A DNA stretch of 64,000 nt. It comes from an uncultured Nitrososphaeraceae archaeon. Its GTDB lineage: Archaea > Thermoproteota > Nitrososphaeria > Nitrososphaerales > Nitrososphaeraceae. The stretch's first letter is position 1; each line of letters begins with the position of its first letter. The DNA is taken from the NCBI GenBank assembly GCA_963825865.1, contig CAWGVG010000033.1, forward strand, positions 1 to 64,000, written 5' to 3'. The notes beneath the pieces were generated by a model. The model saw only the letters and a list, made by a program, of their open reading frames with translations, was not told where the DNA came from and did not search any database. Of the stretch, positions 47,387-58,184 are shown piece after piece. A program made the position numbers and the translations under genes.

Positions 47387-48303
47387 TTAGGCGTTGAATG
47401 TCTGAGGGAAAACACCAGAATAAAAAAACGTTTTTCCTCTCGTTCTATATTTCTTTCTAGCATATGGCATTGTAGGTAATATATTGCTCAAAGCAGATAT
47501 TACTTCATTTAAATTCTTACCAGAACTTGTCAACACTAACATGACCTGATTCTTATCTCCTCCAGTTGTTGAGCCGCCCTCCACGCAAACTCATAAATGG
47601 ATATTGATTGTCAATCCCAAAGCCTTGACCTTTAACTTCTGAAACAATTTTATCAAGTAGTATTTGCTGGTACCATAAGTGTAGCTATAGTGTCAATATT
47701 ATTAGTTGCTGTTGCTGGCTGGGCAGAGGTAGTGTCAGTAGCATTACTGGTAGAATTAAAAGAAGTATTGAGTGATTGGTCTACAACTGTTACTGTTCCA
47801 TTCATTTTATAGTTTGGAACCGCTTTATCATCGCTTGGGCCAGAATAAACAAAAGTACCAGTATTATTAAACATAATTGGCTTTGAAGCGGCATAATTGT
47901 CGAATGGACCGCTATCATATACGGCGTTCTTTGAATTATTGTCTACTATACTTATAGTGTGGGGATGATGGCCAACATCTCCATTAAACCATGTTACCGT
48001 AGTACCAACATTTACTACTGCATTCTGAGGAAGGTATGGTTGATTGACAACTCTCAATTCCTTTGGCTGCGTGGGATCTTCGTGTCCTTCATTTGGAAGT
48101 AATATTACAAGGTTCTTGATATCCTTGCCAAGAACCATAGTATAATATTGGTAAATGTCAGATGCTTTTATGTCTGGTTGCCAAACTTGTTGAGTTTCTC
48201 CTACTGCAAATGCTGAATAGGATGATGGATTAGCAGCAAGCTGTATTAACGCTGCAAAAATTACATATACAACAATAGCAACTATTGTATTATTTATCTT
48301 CAT
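47387..48303 (-). CDS. Secreted cupredoxin-like protein, frameshifted C-terminus
   Basis: Signal peptide, VNVGTTVTWFN.D..H.H, F..TGTF.Y...M.GTVTV; no type-1 Cys. Confidence 0.7.
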
Positions 48304-49042
48304 TAAAGACTATGCGATACGTTACGATTATTAAAACGTAATTGATTCTAAAAAATATAAAATGAATGCTTCGAAGCACTACCTTTTTCCATATTCGTTT
48401 TCATGTAAAATAAAATAAAACATAGAAGCTACTGTTTCAAAAACTCAATTCTGTTAAGTATAAATTGCTACTAGTAACGCGTTAGAAAAAAACAAATAAT
48501 ATATTAAAATAAGTTTATGTAGAAGTCACTTCGGAATTAACTCAGTTATTTGGAGAAGTGCTCTACACTTGATTTAAATGAATTATTGCATCTTTGCTGT
48601 TTCCTTTTTTTAGTGAATCTATCTCTGTTATTTATGTCGCTAGTTACTAATATAGCTGAGGCTGAATTTGCCCATGCTAAGTGTAAAACTAGCTGTTGAA
48701 TTCATAAACGAGACATTGCAACTTATGAACTGTTACCACTATGTATCGCCTTCATTGCTTCTTTAAATCATTTTTTGATGATTGGGAGAAGGAGAGATGA
48801 CTGACTAATGCTGAAGCCAGCAAAGTCACTTCAACTAATGTATTTAATGTTAATATTGCTGTAAGTATACCTGTAGAAGGAGCAACGTTTCCTAAATCTA
48901 TAGGATATTAGCTGGATCATTGAGAAGGTTCTTTTGAACGAACAATAATGGTTTCTTAAATTTAGATTCCCAGTTTTGAAAATAGGATATATCAATCTCT
49001 AATCTTGTAGAATTAAGCGCGATGAAAGTAATGTATTATCTT

Positions 49043-49417
49043 TTAAGGAGGTGGAGGATGTTTTTCCATGCATACATCATAAAGATAAAAGGAATACATC
49101 ATTGCTCCTGTTGCGATCAAAACTGGTTGCATGATCCTAAAATCTACTGGCTTCCCAATCGCAATTAGGTATGGGAATGGATAGAATCCAGCAACAAAAA
49201 ACCACATTGCAATAAAAAGCATTACAAAGTGTATATTACGTCTTAAAAAGTTATATGGCGGTTTTTTCAATGCACCACATTTTATACACTTGCTTCTATC
49301 CTGTATGATACATGATGAGCACACAGACTTGGTGCAGTAAACACATATACTATCTGCAAAACGCGACCCACATATATGACAGCTTGTCAAATGAACCTGT
49401 TGTATTAGAAACACCAC
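49043..49417 (-). CDS. Zinc-finger membrane protein
   Basis: CHIC...CVYC...CSSC...CIKC followed by two TM segments. Confidence 0.65.
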   Translation of the reverse strand: MVFLIQQVHLTSCHICGSRFADSICVYCTKSVCSSCIIQDRSKCIKCGALKKPPYNFLRRNIHFVMLFIAMWFFVAGFYPFPYLIAIGKPVDFRIMQPVLIATGAMMYSFYLYDVCMEKHPPPP

Positions 49418-49676
49418 AGTATTATTATATTTGCATTCGTTTGCATAGCTATTTTAAACGCCATAAGAATGTTAAAACAAAATAGCAACTTTTTGCTTTT
49501 GTCTCTTCTAATTCTTATTTTTTATGCCACAATAAGACCTTTAGCCAAAGGATTCACGGCCATCTCATATGGCAATGCATGTATATATATATAATAGAAA
49601 CACCTCTGCACAAATAGAAGAAGAGCAATAACTATAATTAAATTTTTAATAAACGTCACGTTATATTAGTATTGTA

Positions 49677-50223
49677 ATGACAAGGTTAATTCAAACAATC
49701 ATCCATAAACATATATTTACTGGCTTAAAATGTTGCAAATTAATATCCAAAGATGGAATAACAACACAAGAGCTAATTATCGATAGACTTCAGGGCCTAT
49801 TTGAAGGCATAGATATAAATCTTAAACCCCAACGTATCAAATTTGCAAGTGTCGGCCGTGCTGCCAAGCATAGCAAAGAATTTGGACGAATATCAATTCA
49901 TTATCTGCTCTGAAATTTCCGATATGCCTGACAGCAACCCTATGAAATTGCAATTGCAAAAATATAGAATAGGAATATTTGGAGCATTTGCGAAATTAGT
50001 TCCTTTGCTGATATCTCTAAATTCCAACGAAGAATTGCAGAGCTGGAATTCTTTTGCAAATATCTTGCTAATGGAGGTCTCTGAATCTCTTGTCAAGGCT
50101 CGATCAAATCCGAAAGAATGGAAAAGGTCGTATAATATCAGACTAAAAGAGGCGTTAGACTTTTTTGAAATCCCAGAAAAAGAGGTCGAAGAAGAACTAA
50201 TCAGAATCTATCAGAATGAGTAG
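49677..50223 (+). CDS. Hypothetical helical protein, frameshift near 49835
   Basis: Overlapping ORFs 49677..49913 and 49843..50223. Confidence 0.5.
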
Positions 50224-50368
50224 TTTTGCTTAATCTAAAGCGACATTTTACTCTTAAATTTGAATAATTCAAAATGTTCTTTTAATTTGAACTGTACAAT
50301 AAATTTCATATTTGAACGTTCAGAATATATAAAAGAGGAGATTTATTATACAGACAGGTCCAATTTTC

Positions 50369-50629
50369 ATGAGTGATCAAAATTCAGATCAGGAGAAAAC
50401 TAATTCTTTAGATAAATGCCAGGTATGTGATGGGAATAAAAGAACCTACAATATGGTTCCGTGTTTTTTTTGCAACGAAACAGGCCTAAGTAATAGGTTT
50501 GCAGAAGCCTTTATAAGGAATCATATTTGTTACTGTTCAACCACTTCTGATAGGAAAAGTTGTCCTATTTGTAAGAAAAAATGTCACCACGAATCTGCGT
50601 TAAGGCCACGCATATTGGTTGTTCCATGA
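50369..50629 (+). CDS. Small Cys/His-rich zinc-binding protein
   Basis: CQVCDG...CFFCNETG...HICYC...CPICKKKCHH. Confidence 0.65.
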   Translation: MSDQNSDQEKTNSLDKCQVCDGNKRTYNMVPCFFCNETGLSNRFAEAFIRNHICYCSTTSDRKSCPICKKKCHHESALRPRILVVP

Positions 50630-50998
50630 ATAAAGACGAAGAGGATTAAAGGAAGAATATAAACGACTATATGGGACTTAATAAACTGCCGTTTTGATGG
50701 TTATGGGAGAAATTTTAAACCTATGACCTGTTATACCTTATACCTTAATCTTTTGTATACATCAACATGCCTTGCATGATATTACCGCCCAGAATCAAGA
50801 CTACTGTATTAAATGGCTTCTAAGATATCATCTATCTGTGCAGCGGTAGGACTGTTACAAATAATAATCGATATGGATGAATTCACTATTGATATTTTTC
50901 AAACTGTGACATTATGCCACGATGAATTGGATATTTGTCTAGAAAAGCATAAAAACAATTTTATTCAAAATAAAATTATTAATTGATGTATATTATTC

Positions 50999-52001
50999 TT
51001 GAAAAGTATTAACTTAGTTGTACTTGGAGATCACCATCGAATTGCGACAGAATTAGGTGGAAAGAGAGGTACTACCAAGTGATATTGTCATTTATGACAG
51101 AAAAACTTTGGATACTCTTTATTCATGGATCGCACCCGTAACCTTTCCAGCTAAAATACAACCTCTGATGCAAGCTATAAACATTGCAGAGTACGCTATA
51201 TTAGATGTCACAAAAATAGATAAATATCTTGGAGAGCAGATACTCGCTTTGGATTGCCTTGATTTTAGACATGGTTTCATCCTTCATTCATATGACATTG
51301 ATGAAGCAAAACTGAATGTGTTGATTAAAAATACTTCTGTTTCACATTTTAAACTAATTGATAACATTGACCAATTAAAATATGAGGTGTCCAGACTCAA
51401 ACCAAAACCAAATGCTGAGGAGGCAGGAGAGGAGAAGGATAACCTAGAAAAAGGTGGAGGTAGTAATCATGATTCAGTAGTAATACCCATTGACCACGCC
51501 TTTGACGTTAAAGGCGTTGGAACCGTTATACTTGGCGTTATAAAACAAGGAATTGTCAAAGTACATGATCAGTTAAAAATTATGCTTGTCGGAAAGGATA
51601 TAATTGTAAAGTCAATTCAAATGCATGATGATGCAGTTCAAGAATCTAAATGTCCAGCAAGAGTAGGTCTTGCTGTTAAAGGAATTACTGCTGATGAGAT
51701 TTCAAGAGGAGACATACTATGTTATTCTCAAGATAATCATGTGAATGTATTATCAACCGATCGTACAATATCTGCAATCTTTCAAAAGAATCCTTACTAT
51801 AAAGAGGACTTGGTAGAAAATCAAACATATATGGTTTCAATAGGGTTGCAAATAAGACCGGTAAAAATCAAGAATCATCGAAGCAATACGATTGAAATTA
51901 CCGCTGAGAAACCGATCGTATATATGCCTTGTCAGAGGTATGTTCTATTAAAGCCAGATAGTCATGGAACGAGAATAATCGGACAGGGAATTATGCAATA
52001 A
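50999..52001 (+). CDS. Archaeal SelB-like / EF-Tu domain II protein with degenerate G domain, frameshift near 51060-51080
   Basis: TTG start MKSINLVVLGD; IDHAFDVKGVGTVILG, KSIQMHD and RVGLAVKG...RGD motifs. Confidence 0.8.
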
Positions 52002-52039
52002 AAACACTCTTTCCGTAGGATCTTCGTTAGCAATTGATT

Positions 52040-52290
52040 GTTCAAAACTGTCCTTTACCGCTAAATATTTTGTCATGTCTTTTGGTAATTAGTGGGACAG
52101 CGATAAAGGCTATCAAAAAATACAGAGTGACACCTGCGTACTCTATACTATCCTTATTGGGAGCCATGTTTCTTATTGCTGCCTTACATCACTAGTATTC
52201 TTCCACTATTGATGTCAATGCAAACAAGACCAGTAATATGGAGAGGAAGAACAATTGTATACAACGTAAAAAAAGAGAAGAATCAGCGAT
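52040..52290 (+). pseudogene. Possible C-terminal remnant of a membrane GT2 glycosyltransferase
   Basis: Hydrophobic stretch ending in V.WRGR. Confidence 0.35.
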
Positions 52291-52454
52291 ATCAATGTAT
52301 GACAAACAACTTTACTCTAATCACATGCAAAGTTATATTCTCATCTCATTCTGCCGTAATGGCTAACTAAAGTTATGGCCATTTAATGCTAACTCAAGCT
52401 TTTTACTGTACCCACTTATTTAGAGTAAAAAAATGGATAGTGTTACCATTTATT

Positions 52455-52769
52455 TCACGTATCTTTTTCAACACAACGGTAGTAGGTTATTCCATTAATC
52501 GTAACATCTTCTATTTTAATTAGCTTTTGTGTTTTGTGAGAATTGTATTTTCTTGAAATTATACCACCAGTAAGATCACTGATCAAGTCAATTAAACCCA
52601 ATTTTACCATAGCGTGATTTACATCTTCTTCCCTTATGCCCACGGCTTGGGCAATCTCCTTTGCTGAAAAACCTCTTTCCTTATTTCTGCGAAGAAACAT
52701 GGATATTATTATCATCAGATCCTTGTGTGCGTCAAATTCTGCTGCATCTATGGGCGGAGGAGGGCTCAT
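52455..52769 (-). CDS. Small winged-helix protein
   Basis: FL.RN..RGFSAKEIAQAVG...INGITYY. Confidence 0.65.
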   Translation of the reverse strand: MSPPPPIDAAEFDAHKDLMIIISMFLRRNKERGFSAKEIAQAVGIREEDVNHAMVKLGLIDLISDLTGGIISRKYNSHKTQKLIKIEDVTINGITYYRCVEKDT

Positions 52770-52954
52770 ACTACGAATTCATCTCTGTCTACATATAATC
52801 TAAAAGCAACAGCAAGGTCTAATTAATAATGGAAATTCCTAAATGTTTGACATCTAAGGGTATCAAATGAGCCGCTGACGGAGTAGTATTCTAAAAAATT
52901 AGTATAGATTTTTTATTGAATAAAAGATTAAAAAGAAGAATGTAATCCTATAAG

Positions 52955-53872
52955 ATGGAACAGCAGTTTATTTATATGAGATTACAAGTGATAAAAAGCT
53001 GGTTTCGTGTAATTAGGACGAGATTTCTTTTGGCATCTGTTATCGCAGTCACTAATGGCTTAGCAATCGCTGTATGGAGATACAGGCAATTTGACCTTTT
53101 ATATGCTATTTTAACCTTTGTAGGAGTTATTTGCCTTCATGCTAGCGTAGACTTGCTGAATGATTATTGGGATTATAAAAGAGGTATAGATACTGTTTTT
53201 ACAAAAAGGACGAAGTTTAGCGGAGGAACAGGAGTATTACCGGGAAAATTATTGAAGCCAAACAGTGTTTATAGTGCGGGCGTAATTTTTCTTCTTCTAG
53301 GATCCTTAGTCGGCGCATATTTTGTTATAACTCGAGGAATAACAGTTGCGATAATACTGGGCTTCGCAATAGTTGCAATATATTTTTATTCAACAACTAT
53401 AGTTAACGTAGGACTAGGAGAAGTTTTCGTAGCGGCTAAAACGTACTATGATACAGTACTTGGAAGTTTTTATGTTCAAACTGGAGTTATTGAACTGTCT
53501 GCAGTTTATATCGGAATTATAGTTGGCATTTTATCAGCATCGGTTTTGTTTATTAATTCGTTCCCTGATTATGAGGCAGATCGTTCCAAGGGGCGACGAT
53601 CACTTGTTATATTACTAGGAAAACAAAAAGCCTCTCAAGTATTTCGTATACTGATTATATTTCCATACATTTTGGTCATAGCAGCTATATTTCTCGGTTA
53701 CGCAAAAATCTATTCGATAGTATGCTTTGTATCGATCCCGTTTGCTTTTAAAATAATTAAATACATACAGAAATATTCTGAGAGTATCGATAAATTTGTA
53801 CCAATAATGGCTGCTACTGTAATGTACGCTAGGATTACAGGGTTCACATTGGCAATTAGTTTGTTATTCTAA
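52955..53872 (+). CDS. menA: UbiA-family prenyltransferase (MenA-like)
   Basis: NDYWDYKRGID, SGG.GVL, GLGE and NSFPD.EADR.KGRRSL motifs. Confidence 0.85.
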   Translation: MEQQFIYMRLQVIKSWFRVIRTRFLLASVIAVTNGLAIAVWRYRQFDLLYAILTFVGVICLHASVDLLNDYWDYKRGIDTVFTKRTKFSGGTGVLPGKLLKPNSVYSAGVIFLLLGSLVGAYFVITRGITVAIILGFAIVAIYFYSTTIVNVGLGEVFVAAKTYYDTVLGSFYVQTGVIELSAVYIGIIVGILSASVLFINSFPDYEADRSKGRRSLVILLGKQKASQVFRILIIFPYILVIAAIFLGYAKIYSIVCFVSIPFAFKIIKYIQKYSESIDKFVPIMAATVMYARITGFTLAISLLF

Positions 53873-54038
53873 ATAGCAGTTCCTAGCAAAAGCAAACTCT
53901 ACCTTCTGTCCACCATCAAACTGTGCATTCATTACCGTTGCAGTTTGGCCAGCTGTTCAGACACTTCTCTGTGTAGTCCTCTGAACAAAGCACAATTTCA
54001 CGTCTAAAGAGTCTTCTGACTCAATCAAATGTGGAATA

Positions 54039-54981
54039 TCAATTGTCCAGATGACTTAAATGCATTTTAGACAAATCTAGACGACTTTTTAGATCCTTGA
54101 ATCTGTTTCTTACGGTCACCTCAGTTACTCCGGCGGCATTTGAAATATCCAATTGAGTCCTGTGTTCTCCAGTATTGAGGCACGATAAATAGAGGATTGA
54201 CGCAGCAAGACCCATAGGATCTTTTCCAGCCGATAAGCCATTCTGCGTGACGTCTTTCATGATATTCATTGCCCGGTATTTTGTTTTCTCACTTATGTCA
54301 GCTTTGTTTGCAACTCTTACAATACACTTTACAAGATCAATCATTGGAACTTTAAGATCAAGTTCAAGCACCAGTATTCTATAAGTTCTTGAGAGCTCTG
54401 TGCGTCTTATATTACTGGCTATAGCAACATCATTTAAAGTTCTCGAGACTCCCATTTCTCTACATGCGATATAGACTACAGCAGCTGAGTACTGCAGGTA
54501 TAGACCGCCCACGAATAAACCCCCTATCCTGAGCTTTTCTGTATATGTATGCACTCTTTTCAATTATTGCATCAGATAGTCCGACCTTGCTTTTCAATAT
54601 ATCAAGTTGTTCAAAAGCCTTCTTAAGATTCCTATCCGTAGAACTGTGAGCCTGCGTTCTTAAGTCCCATACCCTTAGCCTTTCCATTGTCGAACGCATG
54701 GCTGCATCAATTTTGCGTCCACTAGCATCCTTATCTGTCCTTCCAATAATAGTAGCAAGACCCATGTCATGACGAGCCAAGGAAGTTGGAATTCCTGTTC
54801 TGCTTCTGTCATTTACCTCCTCAGTATTGAATGCGCGCCATTCGGGTCGAATTTCCTGAATCTTGTCAGAAATTACAAGTCCGCAGTTACTGCAAATAAG
54901 CTCACCAGATTCAAGATCTGTAATTGTCTGACTTTTATTACATATAGAACATGTTATTGTTGAAGCTTTGACTTTTAACAT
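54039..54981 (-). CDS. tfb: Transcription initiation factor IIB (TFB), frameshift near 54490
   Basis: Zn ribbon CSIC...CSNCG, PEWRAF, HD.GL.T, cyclin repeats, GKDPMG and VTEVTVRNRF. Confidence 0.95.
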
Positions 54982-55080
54982 AATGTGTATACCAAATATA
55001 TTGTCGTTAATCAGACATTTAAACAATATTACATATGAAACTTTAGGAGAAGAAAGCATAGATATACAACCCTGCAATTA

Positions 55081-55395
55081 ATGGCTGGCAAGAAGATCGA
55101 TGAAGAGAAAGTAGAAGAAGAAATACTTTACTTCCTTCGTGTTAATGAAAGGCTAAGATATGCTGGTTTCTTATTGAATCAATGGGCTTCTAGCAACAAT
55201 CACAACGTATCGAAGATTGATAAAGCATTCCTTAATTCTATAGGTTTATTAAAAGGAGCAAATGCAAACTTTTTACCATTGATTTTTGGTGCGAGTGCTA
55301 TTGATTACAAATTATGTTTTCCAAGATGGAGTTTGAAGATATCCAAAGTGGCTTCTTTTGATGGTTCAAAACTAGACATTATTGAGAGAATCTGA
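55081..55395 (+). CDS. Hypothetical protein
   Basis: 104-aa ORF with ATG start; no recognised motif. Confidence 0.4.
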   Translation: MAGKKIDEEKVEEEILYFLRVNERLRYAGFLLNQWASSNNHNVSKIDKAFLNSIGLLKGANANFLPLIFGASAIDYKLCFPRWSLKISKVASFDGSKLDIIERI

Positions 55396-55579
55396 CAAGT
55401 CGGTCGTTTCTATAGAATTGTACATTTCGGTCTTGACAATCATGGTGTTGATAAATGTTATTGTAGAAAAAAGAGATTTTACTTTTGTTCTAATGACTCG
55501 ACCTTCTTATTCAGATAAGCAACAAGCTTGGCAATCTTTAGGTCCATTCCATGATGTTGGCTGGTCAAATGCTCTTCTA

Positions 55580-56747
55580 AGTCAAGTGTCATAACTAATG
55601 TCGTCATACCATCTTCCAAATCGTTTGTCCAAATATTCTGATACTGCAGCTTTCTGGTCTTCCATATGTTCATAGAATCTATTCGCACATACATCTGACT
55701 TTATTTGCTGGTTTACTTTCCTTTCATTCGGATTTAGGTATGGTGCTTTCTTTGGAAGGTGGATTATGGTCAGCCAGTCTTCTTTCTCTGTGCATTGATA
55801 TAATTCCGTACCATTAGGCTTACATGATATGAAGCGTTATCCCATATGAGTACCAGTCTTTTCCACCATATCATTTTTCATAATGTTTGTCTTGAGATTC
55901 TCTAGATGGTCGATAGTATTCGTAGAATCCATTTTATCATAGAAATCATACGTCATTAATTTCTCTTCAGGCCATACCATGGATATGTATGCAGAGAACT
56001 TCTTTCTACTACCAGTATGTTCTATCCTTTGTTGCTCACCTTCAAAACTCATGGATTTTCGAATACAAGGTTTCTGTGTTATAATATAGTCTCATCTTCA
56101 AATGCTACTACAACTCCCTTTTTTTTTGAGCTGAAGCTATCTGTTTGTAGTTTTGCACTTTCTCTTTTCCCTCTTCATAATCCTTTCCTCCATGTAGCAG
56201 TTCCAGTTTTGGTCTTTTGCACCTAACTCCTAAATCTTTTGTTTATTCTCTGCAGGTGCTTGAAACTGATTGGAATTCCTAGCTCATTTGTCAGACAGTT
56301 TGCAAGTAATCTCAGACTCCATGTATTTCTAAGATAACCAAAGATGTGCGGGTCGTTAAATAATGCTGATAGAATAATCTCTCTTTGTTTTCATCTGTTA
56401 TGCCAGATTTTGTTCCGCCAGGTTTCTTCATCTTTATTCTATCTATCCCACTTTGGATATAGGCAATAACCCATCTCTGTACAGCCTGCTGCTGACTCCG
56501 TGTTCATTTGCTATGTCTTCGTAAGTTCTACCTTCAGCTTTTTGGAGTATAGCCAGTAGCCTGCGGTATTCTTTTTTGTTACCCGTATTCTTCATAAATG
56601 ACTTTAATTTGTTCCTCTGTCCTATGGTAAGTTTGAGTTTGAAAGGATGATTCACAGAATGAAAATATCTCATTTACTAAGCTTTAACTATTTCCAAATC
56701 TAGGTTATGTAATGAACAAATAACGACATAAATTCAGACACTTCACT
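55580..56747 (-). mobile_element. Second IS630-family element, transposase disrupted by indels
   Basis: TIRs AGTCAAGTGTC (55580) and GACACTTCACT (ends 56747), TA on both sides. NTWSLR, an A9 slippery run leading into AFEDET, DNAS.H and APYLNPNE motifs. Confidence 0.85.
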
Positions 56748-56955
56748 TACATGATACACAGTTATGCTTTTTTTTCCTTACCCGCAGTACAAATATGATA
56801 CTCTATTTAGCCATCTAGTAACTAGTGAAACAATTTGAAAGGAAATTCATATACGGCTATCAGTCCTTGCTTAAAACTCATAGACGATTTGTACATTCTT
56901 GGCCCTACGAGTTAAATGACACTATATGATAAGAACTGGTAAGTGCTAATTAACT

Positions 56956-57169
56956 GAGGCTGGGACATAATTGCCTGCTTATATTTTTACCAATATCTAT
57001 TGATGGTTTTGAATAAAGCTATCTTCAGATGTTTGGTGTTTTGGTGAAATACAGTAAAACAATCCCAAAGACTAGCCTCAGGATATGTATCAGAATCTAT
57101 CCACCGTTAGGAAGATAATCAACCAGAAAACTGCTTGAAAATTGCGTGATCAAATTATGCCCCAGTCTC
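56956..57169. mobile_element. MITE, 214 bp
   Basis: 17-bp TIR GAGGCTGGGACATAATT / AATTATGCCCCAGTCTC (2 mismatches); 8-bp direct repeat AATTAACT at 56948-55 and 57170-77; no ORF. Confidence 0.75.
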
Positions 57170-57263
57170 AATTAACTAACTAACTTTTTCTGCATACAGA
57201 TTGGCTATAACAGAAAACGCCATAACCTAAATGGATAAATTTAGTATGAACTAAACAAAACCT

Positions 57264-57929
57264 GTGAAGATAAATCATTGTACATTTCCAGAAGGACTGT
57301 TTTATGATATCGAGAACTTTGTATGGATAAATATCGATACTGATAAACTAGTAACTGTTGGAATTACTTCTGTATTAGCGTCTATTGCTGGAAAGCTATC
57401 TACCATCAAATTGAAACAAATTGGCACAAAAATGGAAAAAGGAAGAAGCATCGGGACAATAGAAAGTATCAAGTATTTTGGGGTAGTGCGAACTCCTGTA
57501 AGCGGTAGGCTTGTAGAAATCAATGAGTCCATAATTAATCGACCCAAGATAGCAAATGATTTTCCATACACAGAAGGTTGGTTTGCCAAGATAGAGTGTT
57601 CTAACCTCCCAGAAGATCTTAAAACTCTGGAAACCATTGAGAATTCTCAAAAGAAAATAAATTCTCTAATTGAAAAACTACATATCAGATGCTTTATAGC
57701 ATTCCCAGACTATCAGATGTTTGAGATAGGAGTTGAATGCGCTGCTACTCTTACAAAGCTGGACGAACTAGTGAAAGAAATAGCCATCGGCGAAGTAGTA
57801 CACCTAGTGTCCGACAATCCAACAGCAGATCTGGAAATCATAAGATGGTCAGAACAAAACAAACAGTCTCTCTTAGAGATGAGAAGTGAGGCAAACCTTT
57901 TTCATTTTATACTAAAGAAGATAAAATAA
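57264..57929 (+). CDS. Lipoyl-domain (GcvH/LbpA-like) protein fused to a TusA-family sulfur carrier domain
   Basis: GTIESIK70 lipoylation motif, PVSG...N..PY.EGW, Cys6 and Cys143; then G.EC159...IGEVVHLVSD.P....I.RW...F.F.LKK. Confidence 0.85.
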   Translation: MKINHCTFPEGLFYDIENFVWINIDTDKLVTVGITSVLASIAGKLSTIKLKQIGTKMEKGRSIGTIESIKYFGVVRTPVSGRLVEINESIINRPKIANDFPYTEGWFAKIECSNLPEDLKTLETIENSQKKINSLIEKLHIRCFIAFPDYQMFEIGVECAATLTKLDELVKEIAIGEVVHLVSDNPTADLEIIRWSEQNKQSLLEMRSEANLFHFILKKIK

Positions 57930-57940
57930 AAATTGCGCAG

Positions 57941-58093
57941 CTATTCTTGATGTATTGCACTTTTCTATCGAATTAGCAACCATATTTCTTCATTCAGTCC
58001 ATGACCAGTCATAATTCTTCACATTAGGATAGCCTAGCAAATATTTCAGAACGAACTATGTATAGGACACCATTCTCCTATCCTGGTAACTAT
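57941..58093 (-). pseudogene. C-terminal relic of a rhodanese (SseA/CysA-type thiosulfate sulfurtransferase)
   Basis: RIGE..SYT*FVLKYLLGYPNVKNYDWSWTE*RNMVANSIEK; Trp positions replaced by TAG (58056-58) and TGA (57990-92). Confidence 0.8.
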
Positions 58094-58184
58094 TTATTGT
58101 TATAAACAACCTAAATCTAAGTGCATGTTATTATAGATAAGCAAAAAAAAGATATTGTTGAGTTGCCTAATTTGATTGTAGTCT

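Noticed and set aside
57264-57929. Calling the gene gcvH
   Set aside because: The extra cysteines, the TusA fusion and the absence of gcvT/gcvP nearby do not fit a plain glycine-cleavage H protein.
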